From: Candidatus Iainarchaeum sp. | Lineage (GTDB): Archaea; Iainarchaeota; Iainarchaeia; Iainarchaeales; DTGL01 | Reading direction: 5' to 3' | Assembly: GCA_038736825.1 (NCBI GenBank) | Contig: JAVYME010000001.1 | Coordinates: 76,933-140,932, forward strand | DNA length: 64,000 nt | Shown here: positions 27,186 to 35,654 of the stretch, piece by piece | Numbering within the stretch: position 1 is the first letter of the stretch | Layout: every line of letters starts with the position of its first letter | Made by a program: the position numbers and the translations under genes | The notes under the pieces: model-generated | What the model saw: only the letters and a program-made list of their open reading frames with translations | Databases searched by the model: none | Told to the model about the DNA's origin: nothing

Positions 27186-29317
27186 AAAAAATACTCTTTG
27201 TTTTGGCTCTTTTTTTAATGCTTTCCTGTGCCAATGCAGCAAAAAAAATCCAGCTCACTGTAGAAGACGACGGCATTGACCCAGTAACCCCAGAAGAAGA
27301 TGCTGACACAAAAGACAAAGCATACCTTGTAGTAGGACCAGGGCCTTACACTTTGACAGTCAAAATCCAAAACTTGCAGGAAATAGAAGAGTTTGGCGGT
27401 CCAGTTGATGTAATGGCTTTATTTGATGCCAGTTATAGCTTTAATGATGAAATCGAGGTTGTCAAAAATGACATAGAAAAACTTGGAGCAGAACTGGATC
27501 AAAACTGCCAAAAAATAGGCATTCCGGGGTGCTTCAATTTAGGGCTTTACGTTTTTGAAGGAGGCACTTGCGCTAGAAATTGTTCCAACCAATATGTTTG
27601 CACTCAAATAAATTGCAGAATAGTCACAGTTAAAGATTGGTGCACTGAGTGTACTGTAATAACAATTCCAGGCAAGTGCCAAGTTTGCGATTATGAAACT
27701 GAATGCCGTGAGGTTTGTGAATTGCGTGATAACGTGAAAGTATGCTGGCCAGAGTGCCACGAAGTGCCAAAAAACTGTCGAATGGAGCCATGTGACACAT
27801 ACAAGTGGGATTGCAAACTAGTGCCTTGCTTTGTAGAAGAAGAGGTATGCGATGAACATTGTGAATGGCAAGAAGTTTGTGGTTGGACTGTGTGCAAAAG
27901 GCCTGATGCTGCTTTTTGGAATTCCACTGATTTCCAGCAACCAGTGACTCCGCCATTGCCTTTGGATTATGCAAACGATGTTGGCTTGCTTCCCATAACA
28001 AACAATATGACGCTTGTCAAAAACAACTTGGAAAAAATTAGTGCTCCAAACTTTTCAACACAACAGCTAGAGCCATGGGGTAGCATTATAACCTATGTTT
28101 TGAATGCACCTGAAGTAAAATGGCAGGAAAACCACCGGAGGGCAATAATATTAATCACGGATGAAAAAGATGATTCTGGCACTTACAAGACTGCAGCACA
28201 ACTTGCAAAAGACCAAAACGTGGTTGTGTTCGGCATTATTGGAAAAGGAGTGGGTTCAGATGAAGCGAAAGCCAATGCTGAATATGTTGCAAACCTGACA
28301 GGCGGAAAGGTTTTCACTTATACAAATTCTGAAGAAATAAAAGCCCTATTGCGTGAAATAATGGGCTCACTCATAAAAGAAGACACTTTTGTTTTTTCAA
28401 AAGAATTAGGGCCTAACTGGGATGGAATAACTGCAAATTTTGATCTGCCGCCGGTTCCAAGAAAGGGACCCGGACTTGTTTACCCAATCAAGGGCCTTGC
28501 TCCAGCGGTTTGGCCTACAACTGAGGAATATTTCCATTACAGGGTTTCCTTGAAAAGCAATCCGGCTGTTTTTGATGATGCTTGGGTTAGAGTGACCATT
28601 AATACGCCGCCAACTGCCGATTTTGAAATGATTCCAACTCCGCCAACTGGAATGGTGCCTTTAAGCGTAAAATTCGTCAACAAATCAACAGACAACGAAG
28701 GAAACATTACAAACTACCATTGGGTTTTTGGCGATCCATCTTCAGGAGCAGACAATGAAAGTAATGAAGAAAACCCAACACACGTTTTCCAATATGCTGG
28801 AGAATATTCAGTCACTCTTACAGTAACCGACAGCGGGCAAGCAAGTCACAGTGTTACAAAAAAAGTCATGGCAAAAGAAAGGCCCCTAATTTCTGCGTTC
28901 AAGGCGAATAATCCCAAGACACCAGATGAAGGACTGGACATCACGGTTTACTGCACAAAATTCCAAGCCTTAATCAAAATAGAAATACTGGACAAGGATG
29001 GATTGTTGGTGACAAAGGACAAAGACGGCAACCCCATAACAAACCCAATAAAAATTCCTGGAACAAATGATTGGCCGAGATGCGGAAGCACCATTAGCCC
29101 TGACATCAGGCTTTCAAGCGGAGTCTACCAAATAAGGGCAACAATAATGAAAGATGATGGCAGCGGTCCAGACCCGGATTGCACTAATTGTCCGAAAAGC
29201 ACACACATAACCGTGGGAATGAGCGCACCAGAAATGCAAACCCCAGAAATTCCAGCAATACTAACAACAATAATAGCGCTTGCAGTGATTGTCATTACAA
29301 ACAGGAAAAAGAAATAG
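27182..29317 (+). CDS. secreted multidomain surface protein: vWA-like domain (MIDAS DxSxS) with Cys-rich insertion, PKD domain, conserved C-terminal sorting signal (PEIPAIL-TM-NRKKK)
   Basis: Start chosen at MKKILFVLALFLMLSCANA, preceded by GGAGG. LFDASYSFNDE (DxSxS), AIILITDEKDD, VVVFGIIG. 26 Cys within ~120 aa. PTADFEMIPTPPTGMVPLSVKF PKD. C-terminus is near-identical to the 16389..17639 protein. Confidence 0.75.
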   Translation: MKKILFVLALFLMLSCANAAKKIQLTVEDDGIDPVTPEEDADTKDKAYLVVGPGPYTLTVKIQNLQEIEEFGGPVDVMALFDASYSFNDEIEVVKNDIEKLGAELDQNCQKIGIPGCFNLGLYVFEGGTCARNCSNQYVCTQINCRIVTVKDWCTECTVITIPGKCQVCDYETECREVCELRDNVKVCWPECHEVPKNCRMEPCDTYKWDCKLVPCFVEEEVCDEHCEWQEVCGWTVCKRPDAAFWNSTDFQQPVTPPLPLDYANDVGLLPITNNMTLVKNNLEKISAPNFSTQQLEPWGSIITYVLNAPEVKWQENHRRAIILITDEKDDSGTYKTAAQLAKDQNVVVFGIIGKGVGSDEAKANAEYVANLTGGKVFTYTNSEEIKALLREIMGSLIKEDTFVFSKELGPNWDGITANFDLPPVPRKGPGLVYPIKGLAPAVWPTTEEYFHYRVSLKSNPAVFDDAWVRVTINTPPTADFEMIPTPPTGMVPLSVKFVNKSTDNEGNITNYHWVFGDPSSGADNESNEENPTHVFQYAGEYSVTLTVTDSGQASHSVTKKVMAKERPLISAFKANNPKTPDEGLDITVYCTKFQALIKIEILDKDGLLVTKDKDGNPITNPIKIPGTNDWPRCGSTISPDIRLSSGVYQIRATIMKDDGSGPDPDCTNCPKSTHITVGMSAPEMQTPEIPAILTTIIALAVIVITNRKKK

Positions 29318-29383
29318 GCTTTGCTGGCAGAGCACTAGTTTCTTTTTTTAATCCTTAATTTCCAAATATTTTAGGTTTTTTCT

Positions 29384-30826
29384 ATGGCATTGTTAAAAAT
29401 AAGGGATTTTGTTTGGGAAATCCCGAAAGAGGGAAAAATGCGCGTTCCAGCAAGGCTTTACGTGGACCAAAAAATGATTCAAGAACTGGAACGCGAAGAG
29501 CAAACCAATTGGAGCACTTTAAGGCAGTTGAAAAACATTGCTTCCCTGCCTGGCATTCAAAGCCCTGCACTGGCTTTGGCTGACTGCCATCCAGGTTATG
29601 GCGCGCCAATTGGCAGTGTTGCCGCCATGGATTTAAAGGAAGGCGTTATTTCTTTTGGATGCATTGGGTTTGATGTGAATTGTGGAGTGCGCACTCTTGC
29701 AACCCTGTTAAAAAAAAGCGAAGTGGAGAAAAGGAAAAAAGAGCTTGCAGAAGAGCTTTTCAAAAACGTGCCAGCAGGGCTTGGCGTTACAGGAAAACTC
29801 AAATTAAGCCAAAGCGAAATTGACGAGGTTTTAGTGAAAGGCGCTGAATTTTCCCTTGCAAAAGGTTATGGTTTCAAAGAGGACTTGGAGTTCATTGAAA
29901 TGAATGGAAAAGCAAGGGACGCAAACCCGGAAAATGTTTCGCTCAAGGCAAAACAAAGACAGTTCAAGGAAGTCGGCACTCTTGGTTCAGGCAATCATTA
30001 CCTGGAAGTGCAATTCGTGGAAAAAATATTCGATGAAGAAATCGCACAAGCCTTTGGATTGTTTGAAGGGCAAATCGTTGCAAGCATTCACTGTGGAAGC
30101 AGGGCATTGGGCCACCAGATTGGCGCAGACTATCTGGTGGAACTGAAAAAAGCCTCAGAAAAATACAAATTGCATTTGGCAGACCCTGAACTGGTGTCAG
30201 CGCCAATTGAAAGCGAAGAGGGAAAAAAATATTTTTCCGCTGTGAGCGCTGGAATGAATTGCGCTTTTGCAAACAGGCAGGTTTTAGCACACCTTGCAAG
30301 GGAATCCTTTGCAAGGGTTTTTGGAGTGAATGAAAGGGAAATACGGACTTTTTACGAGGTTGGCCATAATACTGCAAAAATAGAAGAGCATGAAGTGGAA
30401 GGAAAGCAAAAGGAATTGCTTGTGCAAAGAAAAGGCTCTACAAGGGGTTTTGGCCCTGAAAGGAAAGAAGTGCCAGCACAGTATAGAAAGTTTGGACAGC
30501 CAGTACTGGTTGGCGGGACAATGGGCACTGCCAGCTATGTTTTGGCTGGAACAATAAAAGGAATGAAGGAAACCTTTGGTTCGGCAGTGCATGGTGCTGG
30601 AAGAAAACTTAGCCGGAATGCAGCAATCAAGTCTTTCAAGGGAGAACAAATTGCAACAGAATTGAACAAAAAGGGAATAATAATCAAAACGCATTCATGG
30701 AAAGGCATTTCAGAGGAAGCTCCTCAAGCTTACAAGGACATAGATGAAGTAATAGAAATAATGGCTGTCACAGGAATCAGCAGAAAAGTTGCAAGGCTCA
30801 AGCCAATGATAACAATAAAGGGATGA
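29384..30826 (+). CDS. rtcB: RNA-splicing ligase RtcB
   Basis: GSGNHYLEVQ..., HCGSRALGHQ and HNTAKIEEHE motifs. 480 aa. Confidence 0.93.
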   Translation: MALLKIRDFVWEIPKEGKMRVPARLYVDQKMIQELEREEQTNWSTLRQLKNIASLPGIQSPALALADCHPGYGAPIGSVAAMDLKEGVISFGCIGFDVNCGVRTLATLLKKSEVEKRKKELAEELFKNVPAGLGVTGKLKLSQSEIDEVLVKGAEFSLAKGYGFKEDLEFIEMNGKARDANPENVSLKAKQRQFKEVGTLGSGNHYLEVQFVEKIFDEEIAQAFGLFEGQIVASIHCGSRALGHQIGADYLVELKKASEKYKLHLADPELVSAPIESEEGKKYFSAVSAGMNCAFANRQVLAHLARESFARVFGVNEREIRTFYEVGHNTAKIEEHEVEGKQKELLVQRKGSTRGFGPERKEVPAQYRKFGQPVLVGGTMGTASYVLAGTIKGMKETFGSAVHGAGRKLSRNAAIKSFKGEQIATELNKKGIIIKTHSWKGISEEAPQAYKDIDEVIEIMAVTGISRKVARLKPMITIKG

Positions 30827-32292
30827 AAATGCAGTTAGAGGAAAAAAAAATCCTTTTTTTAACATTGTTCTTTTTCTTTATTTCTTTTGGTGTAAGGCTT
30901 TCATTAATGGAATTAAGGCCATTGCATCACGATGAGGGCGTGAATGGCTATTTTATAAGCAATATAGTGGAAGGACGCGGCTGGAAATATGATCCAGAAA
31001 ACTATCATGGACCGACATTTTTCTACATAACAGCGGTTTCTTTCCTTGCTTTCGGCGGAAATATTTTTGCGCTCAGGATTGTGCCAGTAATTTTTGGCTG
31101 CCTGCTGGTGCTAGTGCCATTCCTTCTCAGAAAAAGGCTCGGGTTTTGGGGTGTGCTAACAAGCACGTTTTTCCTCGCTTTCTCACCTGCACTCCTCTAT
31201 TATTCCATGGATGCAATTCACGAAATCCTCTTCACGTTTTTCATGACTGCATCGCTCGTGCTTTTCCTTGAATTTGCTTCAGAAAAAAAGCCATGGATGC
31301 TTTTCGGGGGAAGCGCTTGCCTTGCAATGTTTTTGGCTACAAAGGAAGCTGCCTTCATAATAGGCCCTTTTATAGTGATTCTTGCAATTTTCTTCAGTTT
31401 TGCAAAGGAAAAAAAAACAGAGAATAAATTGGAAGGCAAAAAAATTGCATTTTTAATTGAATTTTTAGTTGCAATTGCAATATTTTTTTCAATTTACATT
31501 CCTCTTTTCACTTCTTTTTTTCAGAACTGGAATGGGTTGGAGGATTCTGTTAAAACCCTTGGATTGTGGGGTCCAAGAGTGATTGTGGAAAAAGGTCATG
31601 ACAAGCCTTTCCCTTATTATTCTGGATTGCTGTTGTTCAGCGAGTTGCCGCTTCTAGTGGCAGGCATTGCGGGAATGCTTTTGGCGTTCTGGAAAAGGAA
31701 CGTTTATTTTTGCGTTATCGGCGTTTTTTTCATTGCAATGTTTTTAGGGGTTTCCGCTGTTCCCTACAAAACCCCTTGGATTGCAATAAACTTTTTGCCG
31801 CCTCTTGCGCTTCTCTCGGGATTTACAGCAAGAGAGTTTTTTGGCGTTAAAACTGGACTTTCAAGGCAAGCCGGCTTGCTGGTGCTAGGAGTGGTTTTTG
31901 CTCTTGTGTTATGGCAATCATATTATGTGAATGTTGTTGCTCCTGCAGCAGAGCGCTCTGAGGAAAATCCCTGGGTTTATGTGCAGACAACAATGAGTGC
32001 AAAGAAGGCATTTGAAAGGGCACTGGCAGCAGATGGAAAAATCCTCATTGCATTGGAGAATGAGAGCACTTGGCCCATGCCTTGGCTTTTAAGGGAAAAA
32101 AAAGTGGAATACCATGGAAGGGACTCTTTGGAGTCTGCTGAATTCTTGCATGGTTTTGAAGTGCTCATAGTGCACAGGAATCTGGGGGAAATTGTTGTAG
32201 GAAAGATTCCAGAATATGAGCGCTTTGGGTTTGATTTGCGTCCAGGAGTGCCTTTGGATGCATTTTTCGCGCAAAAAAAGCAAAATCCCTGA
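30823..32292 (+). CDS. GT-C fold glycosyltransferase-like polytopic membrane protein (PMT_2/ArnT/TIGR03663-like)
   Basis: N-terminal loop LRPLHHDEGVNGYFISNIVEGRGWKYDPENYHGPTFFY resembles the DE-containing first loop of GT39/GT83 enzymes. About 11 TM helices. 4-nt overlap with rtcB. Confidence 0.55.
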   Translation: MKMQLEEKKILFLTLFFFFISFGVRLSLMELRPLHHDEGVNGYFISNIVEGRGWKYDPENYHGPTFFYITAVSFLAFGGNIFALRIVPVIFGCLLVLVPFLLRKRLGFWGVLTSTFFLAFSPALLYYSMDAIHEILFTFFMTASLVLFLEFASEKKPWMLFGGSACLAMFLATKEAAFIIGPFIVILAIFFSFAKEKKTENKLEGKKIAFLIEFLVAIAIFFSIYIPLFTSFFQNWNGLEDSVKTLGLWGPRVIVEKGHDKPFPYYSGLLLFSELPLLVAGIAGMLLAFWKRNVYFCVIGVFFIAMFLGVSAVPYKTPWIAINFLPPLALLSGFTAREFFGVKTGLSRQAGLLVLGVVFALVLWQSYYVNVVAPAAERSEENPWVYVQTTMSAKKAFERALAADGKILIALENESTWPMPWLLREKKVEYHGRDSLESAEFLHGFEVLIVHRNLGEIVVGKIPEYERFGFDLRPGVPLDAFFAQKKQNP

Positions 32293-32368
32293 TTTTAACT
32301 TGTTAACTCAATAAAAGGAAATATTTAAATACTTGAAGGGCGCTATTTATTATATCTACTAAATCCGG

Positions 32369-33583
32369 GTGGTTGGTTTGAGGAATGAATTTTTTGCTCT
32401 AGCCGTTTTTTCGCTCTTGCTTTTGGGCAGCAATGCTTTTGCCTTGCCCAACTGCAACATGGTTTTCTTTGAATTGTACAATGTGGAATTATGGGAAGGC
32501 TCCAAGGAAACATTCACTTTTGCAATTAACAACACAGGCAATGAAAGATTCTACATTGACAAAGTAAACGCTTTTGATTTCTCTGAGGGAATTGCAGTGC
32601 AAGAAGAATACTGGGGCGACGTAGTTCTCCCAGGAGAAAAAGCCTTTGCCACAATATCCGTTAAAGCAGACAAAGGAACAGAGGAAAGGGAAAGAAAGGC
32701 ATACATAGAGCTCAGCGGCCGCTTTTTGGGAGGAAAAAGGTGTTCTTTTTCGGATGTGCACGGCGAATTCAATGTAAGCGTGCTCAAAGAACCAGTGCAC
32801 AAGATTGAACCCAGGTGTGATGGCTTTTCACTCACTGCCCCAAAAGAAAAATACATTGAGGGCGAAGGCACAATAGAGTTTTTTGCCTCAAACAAAACCA
32901 ATTATGATGCAATCATAACACTGGAAAGCGAAAGCATTAGCGTAAGCGAAAGCGTTTTCCAGTTAAGGAAAGGCGAAGAAAAAAAGTTTTCTGCCTTCAT
33001 TAAAAGCGATGCTGACCGGGCAACACTCAAATACAATGTAAGGGTAAGCGATTGCGGCATACCCTCTCAGGAAACAAGAATTTATTCAGCAATGGAAACA
33101 CCAATTCCAACACCAACCCCTCAACCCTTTAAAGCCATTGAAATAGGAGCATCAGCCTCTAAAGACGCAAACGGCTTCCTTGTAACAGTGGAAATCCACA
33201 ATCCAAACAGTGAAGGCATTATCGGAAACCTTGAAGCAATTGTGCCACAAGGGTGGACTGTAATAGGGGAAAAGGCGGTTTTGGCTGAACCTCTTTCAAA
33301 AACAATTTCCCTTATAAGGATTGCACCACCAAAGGGAGCAAGCGGAACACACCCCGTACAAATAGTATTTTCATATGATGGAATTGAGGAAAGCACAAAA
33401 TTAGAGCTTGCAACCGGAAGCGAAGGCTTTGACTTTGGCGGAGCAGCCTTTGCAGTGCTTGGCTCAGGAGCATTCCTTATAGGACTAATAATCGTGGCAA
33501 TAATACTGATAATAATGCTTTTCTCAAGCCCGCCAAGGCAATACTTTGAACCATGGCTGGAAGCAAAGGAAACCAAAAAATGA
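32369..33583 (+). CDS. secreted surface protein with C-terminal TM anchor
   Basis: Signal peptide, short Thr/Pro linker (ETPIPTPTPQPF), C-terminal hydrophobic helix and a short basic tail. No recognizable catalytic domain. Confidence 0.5.
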   Translation: MVGLRNEFFALAVFSLLLLGSNAFALPNCNMVFFELYNVELWEGSKETFTFAINNTGNERFYIDKVNAFDFSEGIAVQEEYWGDVVLPGEKAFATISVKADKGTEERERKAYIELSGRFLGGKRCSFSDVHGEFNVSVLKEPVHKIEPRCDGFSLTAPKEKYIEGEGTIEFFASNKTNYDAIITLESESISVSESVFQLRKGEEKKFSAFIKSDADRATLKYNVRVSDCGIPSQETRIYSAMETPIPTPTPQPFKAIEIGASASKDANGFLVTVEIHNPNSEGIIGNLEAIVPQGWTVIGEKAVLAEPLSKTISLIRIAPPKGASGTHPVQIVFSYDGIEESTKLELATGSEGFDFGGAAFAVLGSGAFLIGLIIVAIILIIMLFSSPPRQYFEPWLEAKETKK

Positions 33584-33748
33584 AAACAGCACAAGTTTGA
33601 AAATCCCGCCCAAAAAGCTTTTAAACCAATCTTTGGGATATTAATAGTGGTGCATAGTACACTGTGCCCTTAACAGTTGTTTCAGAATAAAGTTCAGGAA
33701 TCAAGCAAAAAAAAAGGGCATAAATGCTGGCATTGAATTTCTCTTTTT

Positions 33749-33770
33749 ATTGCATTCCATTGAATGCAAT
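33749..33770 (+). promoter_or_regulatory. perfect 9-bp inverted repeat (ATTGCATTC-CATT-GAATGCAAT) in the leader of the L3 r-protein operon
   Basis: Seen directly in sequence. The palindromic core TTGCAA recurs at 33776-33784. Lies about 50 nt upstream of the rpl3 GTG start. Confidence 0.4.
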
Positions 33771-33820
33771 TTTGAAATTGCAATGCCATTTTTCTGGTGA
33801 GCCATAAGGGTGTTTGAAAG

Positions 33821-34849
33821 GTGACAAGAAAACACAAGCCAAGAAGCGGTTCGCTTGCATTTTATCCCAGAAAAAGGGCAAAATCCGAAAAACCCTTGAT
33901 GAGAGCCTTCAAGCGCGACGGCGAAACAGTGAAAGTACTCAATTTTTATGGATATAAGGCTGGCATGACACACGTGACAGGCATAAACCAGCACCAGAAA
34001 AGCCACATGTTCGGGCAAAAAACCGTTGTGCCAGTAACCTTGATAGAATGCCCTCCAATAAGAATCACTGGATTCAGGGCATACGGTTCAAACCCTTACG
34101 GGGAATTCGCAATAAGCGAAGAATGGGCAAAAGAACTGCCAAAAGAGATTTCGAGAACCATTGCTGGAAAAAAAGAAGCGAAAAAAAAGGAAAAAGAAAG
34201 CACTGAAAACAATAAAGAAAAAGCAAAAAAAGGCATTGAAAAAATAATGGAATCCCTTGCAGCGGGCGAAGTCAAAGAAATAAGGCTTATTGGGTGCTTG
34301 AGACCGGATTTGACTGGAATTGGCAAAAAAAAGCCAGAAATAGTGGAATTGTTCCTTGACGGCACGCCGGAAAAACAATTTGAATTTGCAAAACAGTTTT
34401 TGGGAAAAGATGTTTCCGCAAGCGATGTATTCAATGCAGGCGATTTCTTGGATGTTTGCGCCATAACAACCGGCAAAGGCTTTAGCGGAGTAGTGAAAAG
34501 AGCCGGAGTGAAAAGCGACAACCGAAAAGCAAAAAAAGAAAGAATTGTCGGCAGCATTGGCCCATGGCATCCACCAACAGTAATGTTCACTGTTGCAAGA
34601 GCCGGACAGCTTGGCTACCACAAGAGAACAGAATTCAACAAAAAACTCCTAAAAATAGACTCCGATCAAAGCATTAACCCGAAAAGCGGCTTCAAACACT
34701 ATGGCTTGATAAAAAACCCATACTTGATTGTAGAAGGCTCAATTGCTGGACCAGTCAAGAGATGCGTTGAAATGAGAAAAGGCATTAGGCCAAAACCCCT
34801 TGAAAAAGTGCTAATAACGGAGGTTGACTTTATTGCCTCAAAAGCATAG
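33821..34849 (+). CDS. rpl3: ribosomal protein L3
   Basis: GTG start. HKPRSGSLAFYPRKRA...GYKAGMTHV matches archaeal L3. Confidence 0.95.
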   Translation: MTRKHKPRSGSLAFYPRKRAKSEKPLMRAFKRDGETVKVLNFYGYKAGMTHVTGINQHQKSHMFGQKTVVPVTLIECPPIRITGFRAYGSNPYGEFAISEEWAKELPKEISRTIAGKKEAKKKEKESTENNKEKAKKGIEKIMESLAAGEVKEIRLIGCLRPDLTGIGKKKPEIVELFLDGTPEKQFEFAKQFLGKDVSASDVFNAGDFLDVCAITTGKGFSGVVKRAGVKSDNRKAKKERIVGSIGPWHPPTVMFTVARAGQLGYHKRTEFNKKLLKIDSDQSINPKSGFKHYGLIKNPYLIVEGSIAGPVKRCVEMRKGIRPKPLEKVLITEVDFIASKA

Positions 34850-35651
34850 GCTTGCAGTGCCGGTTTTCTCCCTTGACGGAAAAAAAATCAAGGAAGAAAT
34901 CCTTCCAGAGGTTTTTTCAGAAGCAATAGAGCCAGAACTAATAGAAAGAGCAGTGCTCTCAATAAATTCTGCGAGAAAACAACCCCAAGGGGTAATGCCG
35001 CACGCTGGAATGAACACTACCGCAGAATACCGTGGAAGCAGAAAACTGCCGGCTGACGTGAGAGGCATAAACATTGAAAGGTCAAGATTGCCTAGAACAA
35101 AAAACCGCAGGGCAAAAAATGCTGGAAGGGTTGCAGGCGTGCCAAGAGCAGTAGGTGGCCCAAAAGCCCACCCTCCAAAAGTGGAAAAGAAAATATTGGA
35201 AAAAATAAACAAAAAGGAAAAAAGAAAAGCATTGAAAAGCGCTGTTGCAGCCGCAAAAGAGTTCTCGCTTGTATCCAAAAGGCACTCGCTTGAAAAAGAA
35301 ATTCCCCTCCCAATTGTGATAGAAGACAAATTTGAAGAACTCAAAAAAACAAAAGACGTTATTAAAGCGCTTTCAGCAATAGGCCTTTCAAGAGACCTGG
35401 AAAACGCGAAAAAAAAGACAGTAATGCGCTCTGGAAAGGCAAGAAGGCGCGGCAGAACAAAAAAGGAAAAAAAGAGCGTTTTGATTGTAACAGGAAAGGA
35501 CGCGCCTGTTTACAGGGCAGCAAGAAACATTGAAGGCGTGGACATTTCCCCAGTAAACAGGCTTAACGCTGCATTATTGGCGCCAGGCGGAATGCCCGGA
35601 AGGCTTGCAGTATTCACTGAAAGCGCTCTGGCTGAAATGAAAAAGTGGTAA
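34824..35651 (+). CDS. rpl4: ribosomal protein L4 (L1e)
   Basis: Likely real start is the GTG at 34857, just after the L3 stop (VPVFSLDGKKIKEEILPEVF). L4 family by sequence and position. Confidence 0.85.
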   Translation: MTLLPQKHRLAVPVFSLDGKKIKEEILPEVFSEAIEPELIERAVLSINSARKQPQGVMPHAGMNTTAEYRGSRKLPADVRGINIERSRLPRTKNRRAKNAGRVAGVPRAVGGPKAHPPKVEKKILEKINKKEKRKALKSAVAAAKEFSLVSKRHSLEKEIPLPIVIEDKFEELKKTKDVIKALSAIGLSRDLENAKKKTVMRSGKARRRGRTKKEKKSVLIVTGKDAPVYRAARNIEGVDISPVNRLNAALLAPGGMPGRLAVFTESALAEMKKW

Positions 35652-35654
35652 AAA

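Noticed and set aside
33721-33810. 27-aa ORF (MLALNFSFYCIPLNAILKLQCHFSGEP) in the L3 leader
   Set aside because: Too short and it overlaps the palindromic element. More likely non-coding regulatory RNA or DNA than a peptide.
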